Positions 1 through 8,937 of a DNA stretch of 49,188 nucleotides are shown piece by piece. The position numbers were made by a program, and so were the translations under genes. The first letter of the stretch is position 1. Every line of letters starts with the position of its first letter. A model generated the notes under the pieces. The model was not told where the DNA came from. It was given only the letters and a program-made list of their open reading frames with translations, and searched no databases. Source of the stretch: Fibrobacteria bacterium (lineage in GTDB: Bacteria > Fibrobacterota > Fibrobacteria > UBA11236); assembly GCA_050486505.1 (NCBI GenBank), contig JBJHDK010000011.1:1-49188 (forward strand), given 5' to 3'.

Positions 1-1
1 G

Positions 2-1312
2 GCCGGCGTCCATTACTTGCTCACCTTTGCCGTAATGCTTGTCATCGCCCTCATCACGGGTTACCTCACCGCGAACCTGCGGCATCAGGCCCGCACCGCG
101 GCAAGGCGGGAGGCCCGGGCCCAGGCGCTATATGAAATGGCCCGTGACCTGTCCGGCGCGTTGATGCGCGATCAGGTGGCCGCCACCTGCGGCCGGTACC
201 TTCTCTCCGCGTTCGGGGCACGGGCGACCATCCTGGTTCCGGACGCGAATCGCTCGCTGGTGCCGCCAAACGATGCGGACGGTGCGCGGATGGATCTCGT
301 GGTGGCGCAATGGGCGTTTGATCACGGCAAGCCCGCGGGCGCTGGAACGGATACACTACCCCGGGGGTCCGGACTCTATCTCCCCCTGCTTGCGCCCATG
401 CGGACGCGCGGCGTCCTGGCCATAGAACCTGAAGAGGACGCGCCGCTTGATTCGGAGCGAATCCGGCAAATGGAGGCCGCCGCCTCGCTCATTGCCATCG
501 CGCTTGAGCGTGTCCATTACGTGGAAGTCGCCCAGGACGCCCTCGTTCGCATGGAATCCGAGCGCCTGAGGAATTCCCTGCTGGCCGCCCTTTCCCACGA
601 CGTGCGCACACCGCTCACGGCGCTCGTTGGGTTGGCGGACACCTTGAGCCGATCCCATGAGCCGCTTACGACCGAACAACAGGAACTTGTCACGGCTCTC
701 AGGGAAGAAGCCCAGCGCATGAACCGGTTGGTCAACAATCTGCTGGACATGGCGCGGCTGGCGGGCGGCCAGGTCCGTCTCCAACTCGAATGGCAATCCG
801 TCGAGGAAGCAGTGGAAGGCGCATTGCGGAGCCTTGAAACCACTCTCAAACGGCATGGCGTCACGGTGGCGATACCTCCCCGACTTCCGCTTGTACGTTT
901 TGACGCGATACTCATTGATCGCGTGCTGTGCAATTTGCTTGAAAATGCCGCGAAATACGCGCCTCCGGGATCCGGAATCCGGATCTCAGCCGAAGCGCGC
1001 GAGAAGGAAGTGGCCATTTCGGTGGAAGACAACGGCCCAGGCATACCGGCCGGCATGGAGGAGCGGATCTTCGAGAAGTTCGCGCGCGGCAAGGAGGAAT
1101 CTTCGATCCCCGGGGTGGGGTTGGGACTTTCCATTTGCCGAACCATCGTGGAAGCCCACGGGGGCAAGATACGGGCCGAACGCCCCGCGACCGGCGGCGC
1201 GCGTTTTATCTTCACGTTGCCCTTGGGTACCCCTCCGGCTTTGGCTCAGGAAACTGCTGAAAACAAAACCGAAACTCCAGATGATTCCGTCCCCCATCGT
1301 TCTGCTGGTTGA
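2..1312 (+). CDS. kdpD: K+-sensing histidine kinase KdpD, C-terminal part (5' truncated by the window edge)
   Basis: Last TM helix, GAF region with 'AGAGTDTLP', H-box 'LSHDVRTPL', N-box 'NLLENAAKY', G2 'GVGLGL'; immediately followed by kdpE. Confidence 0.95.
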   Translation, partial: AGVHYLLTFAVMLVIALITGYLTANLRHQARTAARREARAQALYEMARDLSGALMRDQVAATCGRYLLSAFGARATILVPDANRSLVPPNDADGARMDLVVAQWAFDHGKPAGAGTDTLPRGSGLYLPLLAPMRTRGVLAIEPEEDAPLDSERIRQMEAAASLIAIALERVHYVEVAQDALVRMESERLRNSLLAALSHDVRTPLTALVGLADTLSRSHEPLTTEQQELVTALREEAQRMNRLVNNLLDMARLAGGQVRLQLEWQSVEEAVEGALRSLETTLKRHGVTVAIPPRLPLVRFDAILIDRVLCNLLENAAKYAPPGSGIRISAEAREKEVAISVEDNGPGIPAGMEERIFEKFARGKEESSIPGVGLGLSICRTIVEAHGGKIRAERPATGGARFIFTLPLGTPPALAQETAENKTETPDDSVPHRSAG

Positions 1313-1967
1313 AGATGAGCCTCACATCCGCCGGTTCGTGCGCGCGTCCCTGGAGGCGGAGGGCGGGAAGGTTTTCGAGGCATCGCACGGGAAACAAGGC
1401 TTGATTGAGGCGGCGAGCCGCAACCCCGATCTGATCATCCTGGATTTGGGCCTTCCGGACATGGATGGCGTGGATTTCCTGCGGGACTTGCGAGGGTGGT
1501 CGCGTGTGCCGGTCATTGTCCTGTCGGCGCGTACCGAGGAAGGAGACAAGGTGGAAGCCCTGGATCATGGGGCGGATGATTACCTCGTAAAGCCGTTCGG
1601 CGTGGGGGAACTGATGGCGCGTGTGCGTGCGGCCTTGCGACACCGGAATGCCGAACCACAACAATCCCCCCTGGTGGAATTCGGGGATGTCCGCCTGGAT
1701 CTGGCCGCTCGAACGGTCACCCGAAGGGGGGAGCAGGTGCATTTGACGGCAATTGAATACCGGCTCCTTGCCTATCTTGCTTCACACCCCGGCAAGATCC
1801 TGACACACCGCCAAATTCTCAAGGAGGTTTGGGGGGCCGCCTATGTGGACAGTAGCCAGTATCTGCGCATTTATATGAGCCACTTACGCCACAAGCTGGA
1901 AGTCGAACCCGCCAGGCCGCGGCATTTTTTAACAGAGACGGGTTTGGGATACCGGTTTTCTCCGTAG
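1281..1967 (+). CDS. kdpE: Response regulator KdpE (OmpR family)
   Basis: 'LLVEDE...DLGLPDMDG...GADDYLVKPF' receiver and winged helix 'QYLRIYMSHLRHKLE..PARPRHFLTETGLGYRF'; ATG at 1281 overlaps the kdpD end. Confidence 0.95.
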   Translation: MIPSPIVLLVEDEPHIRRFVRASLEAEGGKVFEASHGKQGLIEAASRNPDLIILDLGLPDMDGVDFLRDLRGWSRVPVIVLSARTEEGDKVEALDHGADDYLVKPFGVGELMARVRAALRHRNAEPQQSPLVEFGDVRLDLAARTVTRRGEQVHLTAIEYRLLAYLASHPGKILTHRQILKEVWGAAYVDSSQYLRIYMSHLRHKLEVEPARPRHFLTETGLGYRFSP

Positions 1968-2004
1968 TCAAATTCCTTTTGAGCTTATCCGGTTTGGCAG
2001 GCTG

Positions 2005-2562
2005 TCAATGAGCGACTTTTACCGGAACCGGCTTCCCGTCCTTAAACCTATAAGTCGCCGGTACTGCTCTTGAGGCTTCGGGTGGTCTCCCCGGCCAGCC
2101 CCTCACCGCCTCGGCATATGACTTCTCAATAAACCGCTCGAGGCCCTCCATCCGGCCGGATAGAGGGGAGTGCTTTCCCGTCTCCCACCACCACCAGGTT
2201 TTCGGGTCAACGCCATACAGCCGTCCCATCTGTTTGCAGTCCAGGCCGAGTGCCCGGCGGGTGGAATAAAGGCGTTCCCTGAGGGTCGTCCGAGGTGGGG
2301 GGTAGGGGTCATAGCCGAGGAAGCGGAGGACCCCCGGCAGGGTGTGAATGTGGGGTTCGCCTCCCTGTTCCCAGAGGAGGATGTTGCGGCTGACGGTGCC
2401 GATTTGAACCGCGGAGTCCTCGATTGTGAGCCGTCTCCGGTACCGGGCTAGCCGGATGTGATTCCCGATGTGGACGAGCTTCAAGGGTATTTCTGCCCTT
2501 TTTGGGGCTTTTAAGGTGACGGGGGTGAGGAACAAAAGAGCAACGCGAAGATGCTGTTGCAT
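2005..2562 (-). CDS. Tandem XRE-type helix-turn-helix protein
   Basis: Two HTH-like units ('IGNHIRLARYRRRLT..IGT...LLWEQG' and 'LRERLYSTRRALGL..MGRLYGVDPKTWWWWETG') joined by 'FLGYDP'. Confidence 0.65.
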   Translation of the reverse strand: MQQHLRVALLFLTPVTLKAPKRAEIPLKLVHIGNHIRLARYRRRLTIEDSAVQIGTVSRNILLWEQGGEPHIHTLPGVLRFLGYDPYPPPRTTLRERLYSTRRALGLDCKQMGRLYGVDPKTWWWWETGKHSPLSGRMEGLERFIEKSYAEAVRGWPGRPPEASRAVPATYRFKDGKPVPVKVAH

Positions 2563-2582
2563 TGCTCTATCGTTCTTTCGCG

Positions 2583-3458
2583 TCAGCCTTCCGCGAGGAG
2601 TTGTTTGCGCGCCGCGGCGAGTTTCTTGCGGTCGGTCTCGGACACTTCAGGGTAGCTCGTCTTGAGTCCACCCAAGGTATCGAGAATGATCTGTGAGAGT
2701 AATAGCCGGGCGTCGGGCTTGTTGTCTGCGGGAATTACGTACCAAGGGCATTCCTTCGAACTGGTCGTCGCGATGCACTCCTCATAGGCCTTTTGGTAGG
2801 CGTCCCATTCCGCGCGCGCCTGCAGGTCGGAGGCCTTGAACTTCCAGTTCTTTCCGGGCTTGTCGATGCGCTTCAGAAAGCGTTTCCGCTGCTCTTCCTT
2901 CGAGAGGTGCAGGAAGAATTTCACGATGCGGGTTCCGTTGCGGTGCAGGTGCGCCTCATGGTCGATGATCGACCGGAAGCGGTCCCTCCACACGGTTTTC
3001 GACTTCGACGAAACCCCCGGAATGCGTTGCGCGTCGAGGATCTCGGGATGCACGCGCACGATCAGGACTTCCTCGTAGTAGGAGCGGTTGAAGATGCCGA
3101 TCTTGCCGCGCTCGGGAAGGAAGCGCGTCGTGCGCCACAGAAAATCGTGGTTCAGTTCCCGCGCGCTGGGATGCTCGAAGCTCTGGACCTGGCAGCCCTG
3201 AGGGTTGAGGCCGCTGAGCACATGCTTGATCGCACTATCCTTTCCGGCGGCGTCCATGGCCTGAAAGATCAGCAGCAGGGAATACCGGTTGTCGGCGAAC
3301 AGCAGTTCCTGCAAGGGGCGCATGGCCTCGATCTGCGAGCGCAGGTGTTCCCGGTATTCACTCTTCGAGCCACACAGGGGGTCGACGGCCGTCGGGCGCC
3401 GGGCCAGACTGATTTTCTTGCCCGGAACGACGCGGTACTTCGCGGTATCGATTTTCAT
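2583..3458 (-). CDS. ppk2: Polyphosphate kinase 2 family (class III-like polyphosphate:nucleotide phosphotransferase)
   Basis: Walker A 'QAMDAAGKD', 'HDFLWR', 'IFNRSYYEEVL', 'PWYVIPADNK'; start MKIDTAK at 3458. Confidence 0.93.
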   Translation of the reverse strand: MKIDTAKYRVVPGKKISLARRPTAVDPLCGSKSEYREHLRSQIEAMRPLQELLFADNRYSLLLIFQAMDAAGKDSAIKHVLSGLNPQGCQVQSFEHPSARELNHDFLWRTTRFLPERGKIGIFNRSYYEEVLIVRVHPEILDAQRIPGVSSKSKTVWRDRFRSIIDHEAHLHRNGTRIVKFFLHLSKEEQRKRFLKRIDKPGKNWKFKASDLQARAEWDAYQKAYEECIATTSSKECPWYVIPADNKPDARLLLSQIILDTLGGLKTSYPEVSETDRKKLAAARKQLLAEG

Positions 3459-3492
3459 TTCCCAAACATAGTCGGCGAGCGGGAATCGCGGA

Positions 3493-3526
3493 AAATGAAA
3501 GCGGGGCGGCCCATGGACCGCCCCGC
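3493..3526 (-). terminator. Intrinsic terminator of tRNA-Ala
   Basis: GCGGGGCGG/CCGCCCCGC stem followed on the minus strand by TTTCATTTT. Confidence 0.75.
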
Positions 3527-3534
3527 CTGAAATC

Positions 3535-3610
<76 letters not shown>

Positions 3611-3622
3611 AACGAGGCGGAA

Positions 3623-3651
3623 AAGTTAATTCACCGGGAGTCCCCGTCCAA
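3623..3651 (-). promoter_or_regulatory. Sigma70-type promoter of tRNA-Ala
   Basis: TTGGAC-N17-TAACTT on the minus strand, just upstream of the tRNA. Confidence 0.6.
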
Positions 3652-5703
3652 GGCATCGGGAGGGGAATGCGGGGGGTGTGCTCCGCCGGCCTCAGGGAAA
3701 GGGGGCAACAGGGCGTCCCCCTCGATCACCTCGATGTGCAACCGGGCGAAATCCCGGATGAGGGACGCGAGGCTGTCCCGCAAGGGGACGAGATCAGGCC
3801 GCTCGGGGAGCAGGTCGTGCATCTCCAGCCGGTCGCGCGCGACGTCGAAGAGTTCCTCGCCCTGCGCCCGGGGCGTGTCACCCCAGGGCCCGTGCCAGCG
3901 GTAGTCGCCCTGTTCCACCACGGCCTGCTCCTGCCGCAGCATGAAGACCTTGCGCTCGGGGCGGACCGGATGAAGCATGCTGTGACCGGTGAAGGCGTTG
4001 GGGGCACGGATTCCCGCGAGGTCGAGCACTGTGGGGCCGATGTCGAGCTGCGAGAACACGTCGTGGCGCGAGCCGCGGGGGCCGAGGCGCGGATGTTCGC
4101 CTGCGATCACCATGGGCACCCAGATGTTTTCGGCGTAGAGGCCGTATCCGATGCTGGAGGAACCGTGCTCACCGAGCGGGAACCCGTGGTCCGCCGTGAT
4201 GATGAAGAGCGTCCTGTCGAACCACGGTTCGTCGCGCAGGGCGTGCATGAACTCCCGCAGCGAGGAATCCGTGTAGGCCATGGTCGCGTTCATGCGTTCG
4301 GCCATGGACGCCGTGTCGGGAACGGGCGCGACCCCGGGCACGGGGTTGAAGGGGAAGTGGTTGGTCTTCGTCATGGCCGTGACGAAGAACGGGCGATCTT
4401 GCGGCAGGCTGTCGCGCATCCACGCGGCCATGTGGGTGAACATGTCGGCATCGTGCTCACGGCGACGGTCGTAGGTGACGCCCTGGTACCACTGGCGCAG
4501 CCAGGGAGTCTGGTTGTCCCAGGACGGATCGGCCGCCGTGAAGTAACGGGTAAGGTATCCGTGCCGCCCGAGAATCGTGGTGAAGGCCTCGTGGTGCAGG
4601 GTGGTGAACTGGCTCGCGATGTGCCGTACCGGGTGCTGCGGGATGGAGGCGTGGATGGCGACCAGCGCGTTGATGGTCGGCAGGCCCGAGGCCACGGCCC
4701 GGCTCCAGTACCGGTCGGCATGCGCGAGGCTGTCGAGGAAGGGGGTTGCCGCGTAAGGCGCACCATAGGGGGCGAGATGCCCGGTGTTGTGGGCACGGTG
4801 CGTTTCCAGCAGTACCAGCACGAAGTTCCACGGCTCTTCGGGCAAGGCCGACTCCGTGCCCGGTGCGGGCACGCGGTAATACGGGAACCGCGGATCGGGG
4901 AATACCCAGCTCGTGTCGGTGGTGCCGGCCAGCCAGGTTTGCCGGTAGGTTTTGACGAGCCGCTCGAACTCGGACTCTTCCAGCGCCGGCAGCGGCGCGT
5001 GCCCCATCGACAGGCGCATCGTTTCCACCACCGGGCGCAGCTTGGCCATGCGATGTCCGCCGGTCCAGATGTGATACACGTAGAGATACCCGGCGAAGCA
5101 GCCGGCCAGTACCCACACGACGGGCTTCAGGCTCCAGCGTTCGGAGCGGGCCCATGCGCGACGCGACAGCCAGAGGTACAGGACGGCGGCCAGGGGGACG
5201 CTGCCGAAGAACAGGACGTAGGGGAGTCCCGGAATCGATTCGTCCCAAGCCAGGAAGCCGAGCACCTCGCGGATGGCGGCCGCGTTTCCGTAGGTTCCCA
5301 GCATGCCCGGTTCGAGGTGCATGCCCATGAAGCGCATGGTCTCGTGGTCGATCACGGTGAAAAGCAAAAGCACCGCGTGCGCGGTCGCGAGCAGGCCGAA
5401 CAGGAGCGGGGAGAGGCGGGGAAGGAAGCGCGCGGACAGGGCCAGCAGGAGAACCAGCGGCAACGACCAGAGGAAGATCCAGTGCAGGTCGATGAAGAGC
5501 GCGTGGAAGATGTACCAGTCGGCCTTGCCCACCAGGGGGAACCCGAAGGCATCGTTGCGGAAGAGCAGGGCCCCCCGCAACACCCCGTGCACGCTCCACA
5601 CCGCCAGAAGCAGCGCCATCGTGCGGTTCAGCCACGCCCCCGCCGGTCCCGCAAGCCCGGCCATGCGCTTCATCGTCTCCGGAATGTTCGAAAACACGGA
5701 CAT
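3631..5703 (-). CDS. LTA synthase/sulfatase family membrane protein
   Basis: About 5 N-terminal TM helices, 'NFVLVLLET', catalytic Thr in 'GLPTINA', 'TNHFPF', 'ITADHG'; start MSVFSN is inferred. Confidence 0.88.
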   Translation of the reverse strand: MSVFSNIPETMKRMAGLAGPAGAWLNRTMALLLAVWSVHGVLRGALLFRNDAFGFPLVGKADWYIFHALFIDLHWIFLWSLPLVLLLALSARFLPRLSPLLFGLLATAHAVLLLFTVIDHETMRFMGMHLEPGMLGTYGNAAAIREVLGFLAWDESIPGLPYVLFFGSVPLAAVLYLWLSRRAWARSERWSLKPVVWVLAGCFAGYLYVYHIWTGGHRMAKLRPVVETMRLSMGHAPLPALEESEFERLVKTYRQTWLAGTTDTSWVFPDPRFPYYRVPAPGTESALPEEPWNFVLVLLETHRAHNTGHLAPYGAPYAATPFLDSLAHADRYWSRAVASGLPTINALVAIHASIPQHPVRHIASQFTTLHHEAFTTILGRHGYLTRYFTAADPSWDNQTPWLRQWYQGVTYDRRREHDADMFTHMAAWMRDSLPQDRPFFVTAMTKTNHFPFNPVPGVAPVPDTASMAERMNATMAYTDSSLREFMHALRDEPWFDRTLFIITADHGFPLGEHGSSSIGYGLYAENIWVPMVIAGEHPRLGPRGSRHDVFSQLDIGPTVLDLAGIRAPNAFTGHSMLHPVRPERKVFMLRQEQAVVEQGDYRWHGPWGDTPRAQGEELFDVARDRLEMHDLLPERPDLVPLRDSLASLIRDFARLHIEVIEGDALLPPFPEAGGAHPPHSPPDALDGDSR

Positions 5704-5840
5704 CGGAGGAAATGTAGGTCGGGGGTCGGCTTCCCGGGGAACTCTCTGTTCGGGATGGCACGAAGCTCGCTGTCTTTCGGGCCGGCGGAAAAACATCGAC
5801 CCGGAGCGATCCGGGTTTCACAACGGGACGGGAGTGTTTC

Positions 5841-6146
5841 ATGGCTTCGAAATTTCTGGACTATCTCGCAACACAAGACAAGCCGGTTCTCGCCGATTTC
5901 TGGGCCGACTGGTGCGGCCCCTGCCGCATGATGCACCCCGTGCTTCAGGAGCTCGCACGGGAGTGGAAAGGCCGCGCCACGGTGGTCAAAATCAACTCCG
6001 ACGAGCAGCCCGAATTGGCGGCGCGTTTCAACATCAGTGCATTGCCGACACTTGTTCTGTTTGATGGGGGAAAGGAAGTGCATCGTGTAAGCGGGGCCAT
6101 GCCCTTGCAGGCCCTCAATGCCGAGTTCGGGCGCTGGGTGCGCTGA
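5841..6146 (+). CDS. trxA: Thioredoxin
   Basis: 'DFWADWCGPC' active site, cis-Pro in 'ALPT', 101 aa. Confidence 0.93.
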   Translation: MASKFLDYLATQDKPVLADFWADWCGPCRMMHPVLQELAREWKGRATVVKINSDEQPELAARFNISALPTLVLFDGGKEVHRVSGAMPLQALNAEFGRWVR

Positions 6147-6162
6147 AAGCGCGAAATCCCCC

Positions 6163-6191
6163 TTGATATCCCGTGCCGAGGGGTCTATCTT
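6163..6191 (+). promoter_or_regulatory. Sigma70-type promoter of tRNA-fMet
   Basis: TTGATA-N17-TATCTT. Confidence 0.6.
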
Positions 6192-6203
6192 TGCAACCCA
6201 CGA

Positions 6204-6280
<77 letters not shown>

Positions 6281-6287
6281 AACATCG

Positions 6288-6321
6288 AAGGACGCCGGCA
6301 ACGGCGTCCTTTTTTGTTTTT
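6288..6321 (+). terminator. Intrinsic terminator after tRNA-fMet
   Basis: AAGGACGCCG-gcaa-CGGCGTCCTT followed by a T tract. Confidence 0.85.
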
Positions 6322-6363
6322 GCTTTTTCCGCCTTTTTCCCTTCCTTTTGACTCGGGATTTCC

Positions 6364-6392
6364 AAAAACAAAGGACGCCGTTTCCGGCGTCC
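6364..6392 (-). terminator. Intrinsic terminator of the nirK-azurin unit
   Basis: Minus strand GGACGCCG-gaaa-CGGCGTCC-TTTGTTTTT. Confidence 0.8.
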
Positions 6393-6418
6393 CCTGGGAC
6401 GACAGCGGGTGAAGGGAC

Positions 6419-6895
6419 TTACTGGACCTTCATTACCCCGCGCATTCCCGCCATGGTGTGGCCCGGGAACGAGCACACGAAGTGGTAGTCGCCCTTCGCA
6501 TCGGGCACCGTGAACGTCAGCGTCTGCTCTTCGCCCGGGCCGAGGACTCTCGTCGCGGCCAGCACCTGGTGCTCCAGCGCGGGATCGATGTACTCGTTCT
6601 GCGGGTGACGCTGCGAGGCCGCCGAGAACGACATTGGATCGACATCCTTCATCAGGATGGCGAGATTGTGTCCCATGGCTTCCTTCGGCATCTGCCCGAT
6701 GTTCCGGAACGTGACCGAGACTTCCGAACCGGCTTTCACCGTAAACTCCGTGACGCTGAATTGCATCATGTCGTTGCCGGTGATGACGATGCTGGTGGTT
6801 CCCGATGTGTCGGAGCGGTCCCCTCCACCGCAGGCGCCCAGCACGAGCACCCCCGCAAACACCAACAGTCCGGCCATGATCCGCGTGATTTTCAT
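6419..6895 (-). CDS. Azurin/auracyanin-like blue copper lipoprotein
   Basis: Lipobox 'LGAC', 'GNDMMQF', 'MGHN', type-1 Cu loop 'CSFPGH...M'. Confidence 0.9.
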   Translation of the reverse strand: MKITRIMAGLLVFAGVLVLGACGGGDRSDTSGTTSIVITGNDMMQFSVTEFTVKAGSEVSVTFRNIGQMPKEAMGHNLAILMKDVDPMSFSAASQRHPQNEYIDPALEHQVLAATRVLGPGEEQTLTFTVPDAKGDYHFVCSFPGHTMAGMRGVMKVQ

Positions 6896-6960
6896 TGTGT
6901 TCTCCTTTGTGGTTGGTTGTGTGTCAGGCGTCCCGCCCGCGCGGGCGGGACGGATGTCGT

Positions 6961-8739
6961 TCAGCGACGGCGCGCCGCCACGGCGTAAAGGGACAAAGCG
7001 ATGGCCAACAGTGCAAGCAGCGCCAGAATCGTGCCCTGCCAGCCGAATCCGGCCGATTTAATGGCGCGGACCGTGATTTTCCCTTCCATGTAGGGGTGCG
7101 GCGTGCAGATGTAGGAGTACTCGCCTTCCGCATCGAGCTGGATGGTGTACGACTCCGCATGCGACAGCAGCGGCGTTGCGAAGCGGTCGGGGCCGCTCGT
7201 GGCCACCGCGTTGTGGATGCCGGAGAATTCGCCCGCGAGGTACGAGAACACGTCCTCGTTCACGAAGGTGATTTTTGTCCCCGGAGTGACCACAAGTTCC
7301 TTCGGGTGGAAGGAATTGCCGATGATCTGCACGGTCACTTCCTTCACGTCGTTGCCGTACTCGACCGCGGGCACCATGTCGTTGATGCCGGGCTTGAAGG
7401 GAGAGATGGTGCGGAGGGCTCCCTCGGCGATCTTGTCCATCTCCTCCTTGGTGTACTTGGGGCCGTCGGATGACACGACCACAGGGGTTTCCGCGTCGCG
7501 ATCCGCGACCAGCAGGCCGATGGCGCCGCGGCTGGTCGATCCCACCGCATGGGAAAGCATGGTGTAGGCCCCTTCGTCGGGGGGGACGCGGAATTCAACC
7601 ACCCAGGAATCCGACGGGCCCGCAGTCACGGTCTGCCCGCCCGGGAAGACGGCCTCGGGGTGGCCCTGCCAGTAGGCGAAGTCCCAGATGATGCCGACGA
7701 GGTGGAAGGTCGAAATCAGGTTGGGGCCCACGTTCAGGAAGTAGATCCGCACGTAATCGCCGGGCTTGGCCTTGATCGGTTCCTCGATGTAGCGGAAGAT
7801 CTTGCCGTTGAAGGTCACGTAGGCGGGATTGCCTTCGATGGCATCCTTGCCGCTAGCGTACCATTCGTGTTGGGTCAGGTAGATCTCCACATCGGGCCCG
7901 TGTCCCAGAAGTTTCTCGAGCTGGTACTTCTCCTTCTTGGGCTTCACCACCATCATGCCGTATTGCCCGAAAAGCACGTGCATGGGAATGGCGTGCCCGC
8001 CCGGCGCGCAATGGTAGAGGTAGACGCCCGGCGTGGCGGCCCTGAAGGTCACGGTCTTCGACTGCCCCGGGGCGATGGAGCCGAGATACTTCGAGGTCTG
8101 CGTGTAGGCTGCATGGATGGAGGCTCCGTGGGGGATGCTTCCCTTGTTCACAACGGTGAATTCGACGATGTCGCCTTCCTCCACGATGATGGTGGGGCCG
8201 GGAACCTTCCCGTTCGTCAGGAATCCTTCGTACACGACGTTGTTGCCAAGGTAGGTGCGGCCCTCGTCGAGCTCGATGGTGACCCGCTTGTCGGGGGTGG
8301 TTCCCTGCGGGACATAGCTGGTGGGGGGGATGGGCAGGCTGAGGTCGCGGCGGATGATGTCGATGAAGTCGTGTCCTTCATACATCGCCATCTCGGCACG
8401 CGTGGGGGTTCTGCGTCCGGTCGGCGCCGCGCTTGGGGCCGCGGCGGGGACGACGGAGCGAACCGCGCCGGTTTGTGCGAGCAGCGGACCGGTCTTGGGA
8501 GGATTCTCGGCATCGAAGGCCGCGGAGATGCCCTGCAGGGGGAGCCCCTGCTGGTTTTCGACGGCTGCCAAAAGATCCGCGGCCGCCGGGGTATCGCCGC
8601 GCTCCATCATCATCTCATGAAAAAAGGATCTGTTGCATCCCTCGCAGGCATCGGCCGGCGGCGCGGCGATGAGCGCCGCGGCCAGCACCGTCAGCAACGT
8701 GGCGAGGGGCTTGATCGTGGAAGGGGTGTCGGTGTGCAT
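6961..8739 (-). CDS. nirK: Copper-containing nitrite reductase with a C-terminal cupredoxin domain and membrane anchor
   Basis: 'HGASIHAA', 'YHCAPGGHAIPMHVLFGQ', 'STFHLVG', 'LSHAV' NirK ligands; extra cupredoxin 'HNAV...YICTPHPYM'; signal peptide; C-terminal hydrophobic helix ending RRR. Confidence 0.85.
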   Translation of the reverse strand: MHTDTPSTIKPLATLLTVLAAALIAAPPADACEGCNRSFFHEMMMERGDTPAAADLLAAVENQQGLPLQGISAAFDAENPPKTGPLLAQTGAVRSVVPAAAPSAAPTGRRTPTRAEMAMYEGHDFIDIIRRDLSLPIPPTSYVPQGTTPDKRVTIELDEGRTYLGNNVVYEGFLTNGKVPGPTIIVEEGDIVEFTVVNKGSIPHGASIHAAYTQTSKYLGSIAPGQSKTVTFRAATPGVYLYHCAPGGHAIPMHVLFGQYGMMVVKPKKEKYQLEKLLGHGPDVEIYLTQHEWYASGKDAIEGNPAYVTFNGKIFRYIEEPIKAKPGDYVRIYFLNVGPNLISTFHLVGIIWDFAYWQGHPEAVFPGGQTVTAGPSDSWVVEFRVPPDEGAYTMLSHAVGSTSRGAIGLLVADRDAETPVVVSSDGPKYTKEEMDKIAEGALRTISPFKPGINDMVPAVEYGNDVKEVTVQIIGNSFHPKELVVTPGTKITFVNEDVFSYLAGEFSGIHNAVATSGPDRFATPLLSHAESYTIQLDAEGEYSYICTPHPYMEGKITVRAIKSAGFGWQGTILALLALLAIALSLYAVAARRR

Positions 8740-8937
8740 GATGCGCCTCCTGGTTGCGCGGGGCGGGGATGTGACCGCCTCTGGTTTTCAAGATATGATA
8801 TATGGACAAAAAAGTCTATTGAAATCAAAAAAATGTTTTGTGTCCGGTGACACCTTCAAAAAGGTAGGGGTGGCCGGCCGGTTTCGCTTTTGATTTTCGG
8901 GAAAATTTCCCTCAGGCCGGGCTCGCTGCCGGAGGCA

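Noticed and set aside
3667..5931. Long antisense ORFs (e.g. 3667-5931, 7549-8850, 33649-35493, 42413-44752)
   Set aside because: Shadow frames of high-GC genes; no motifs and fully overlapping well-supported CDSs
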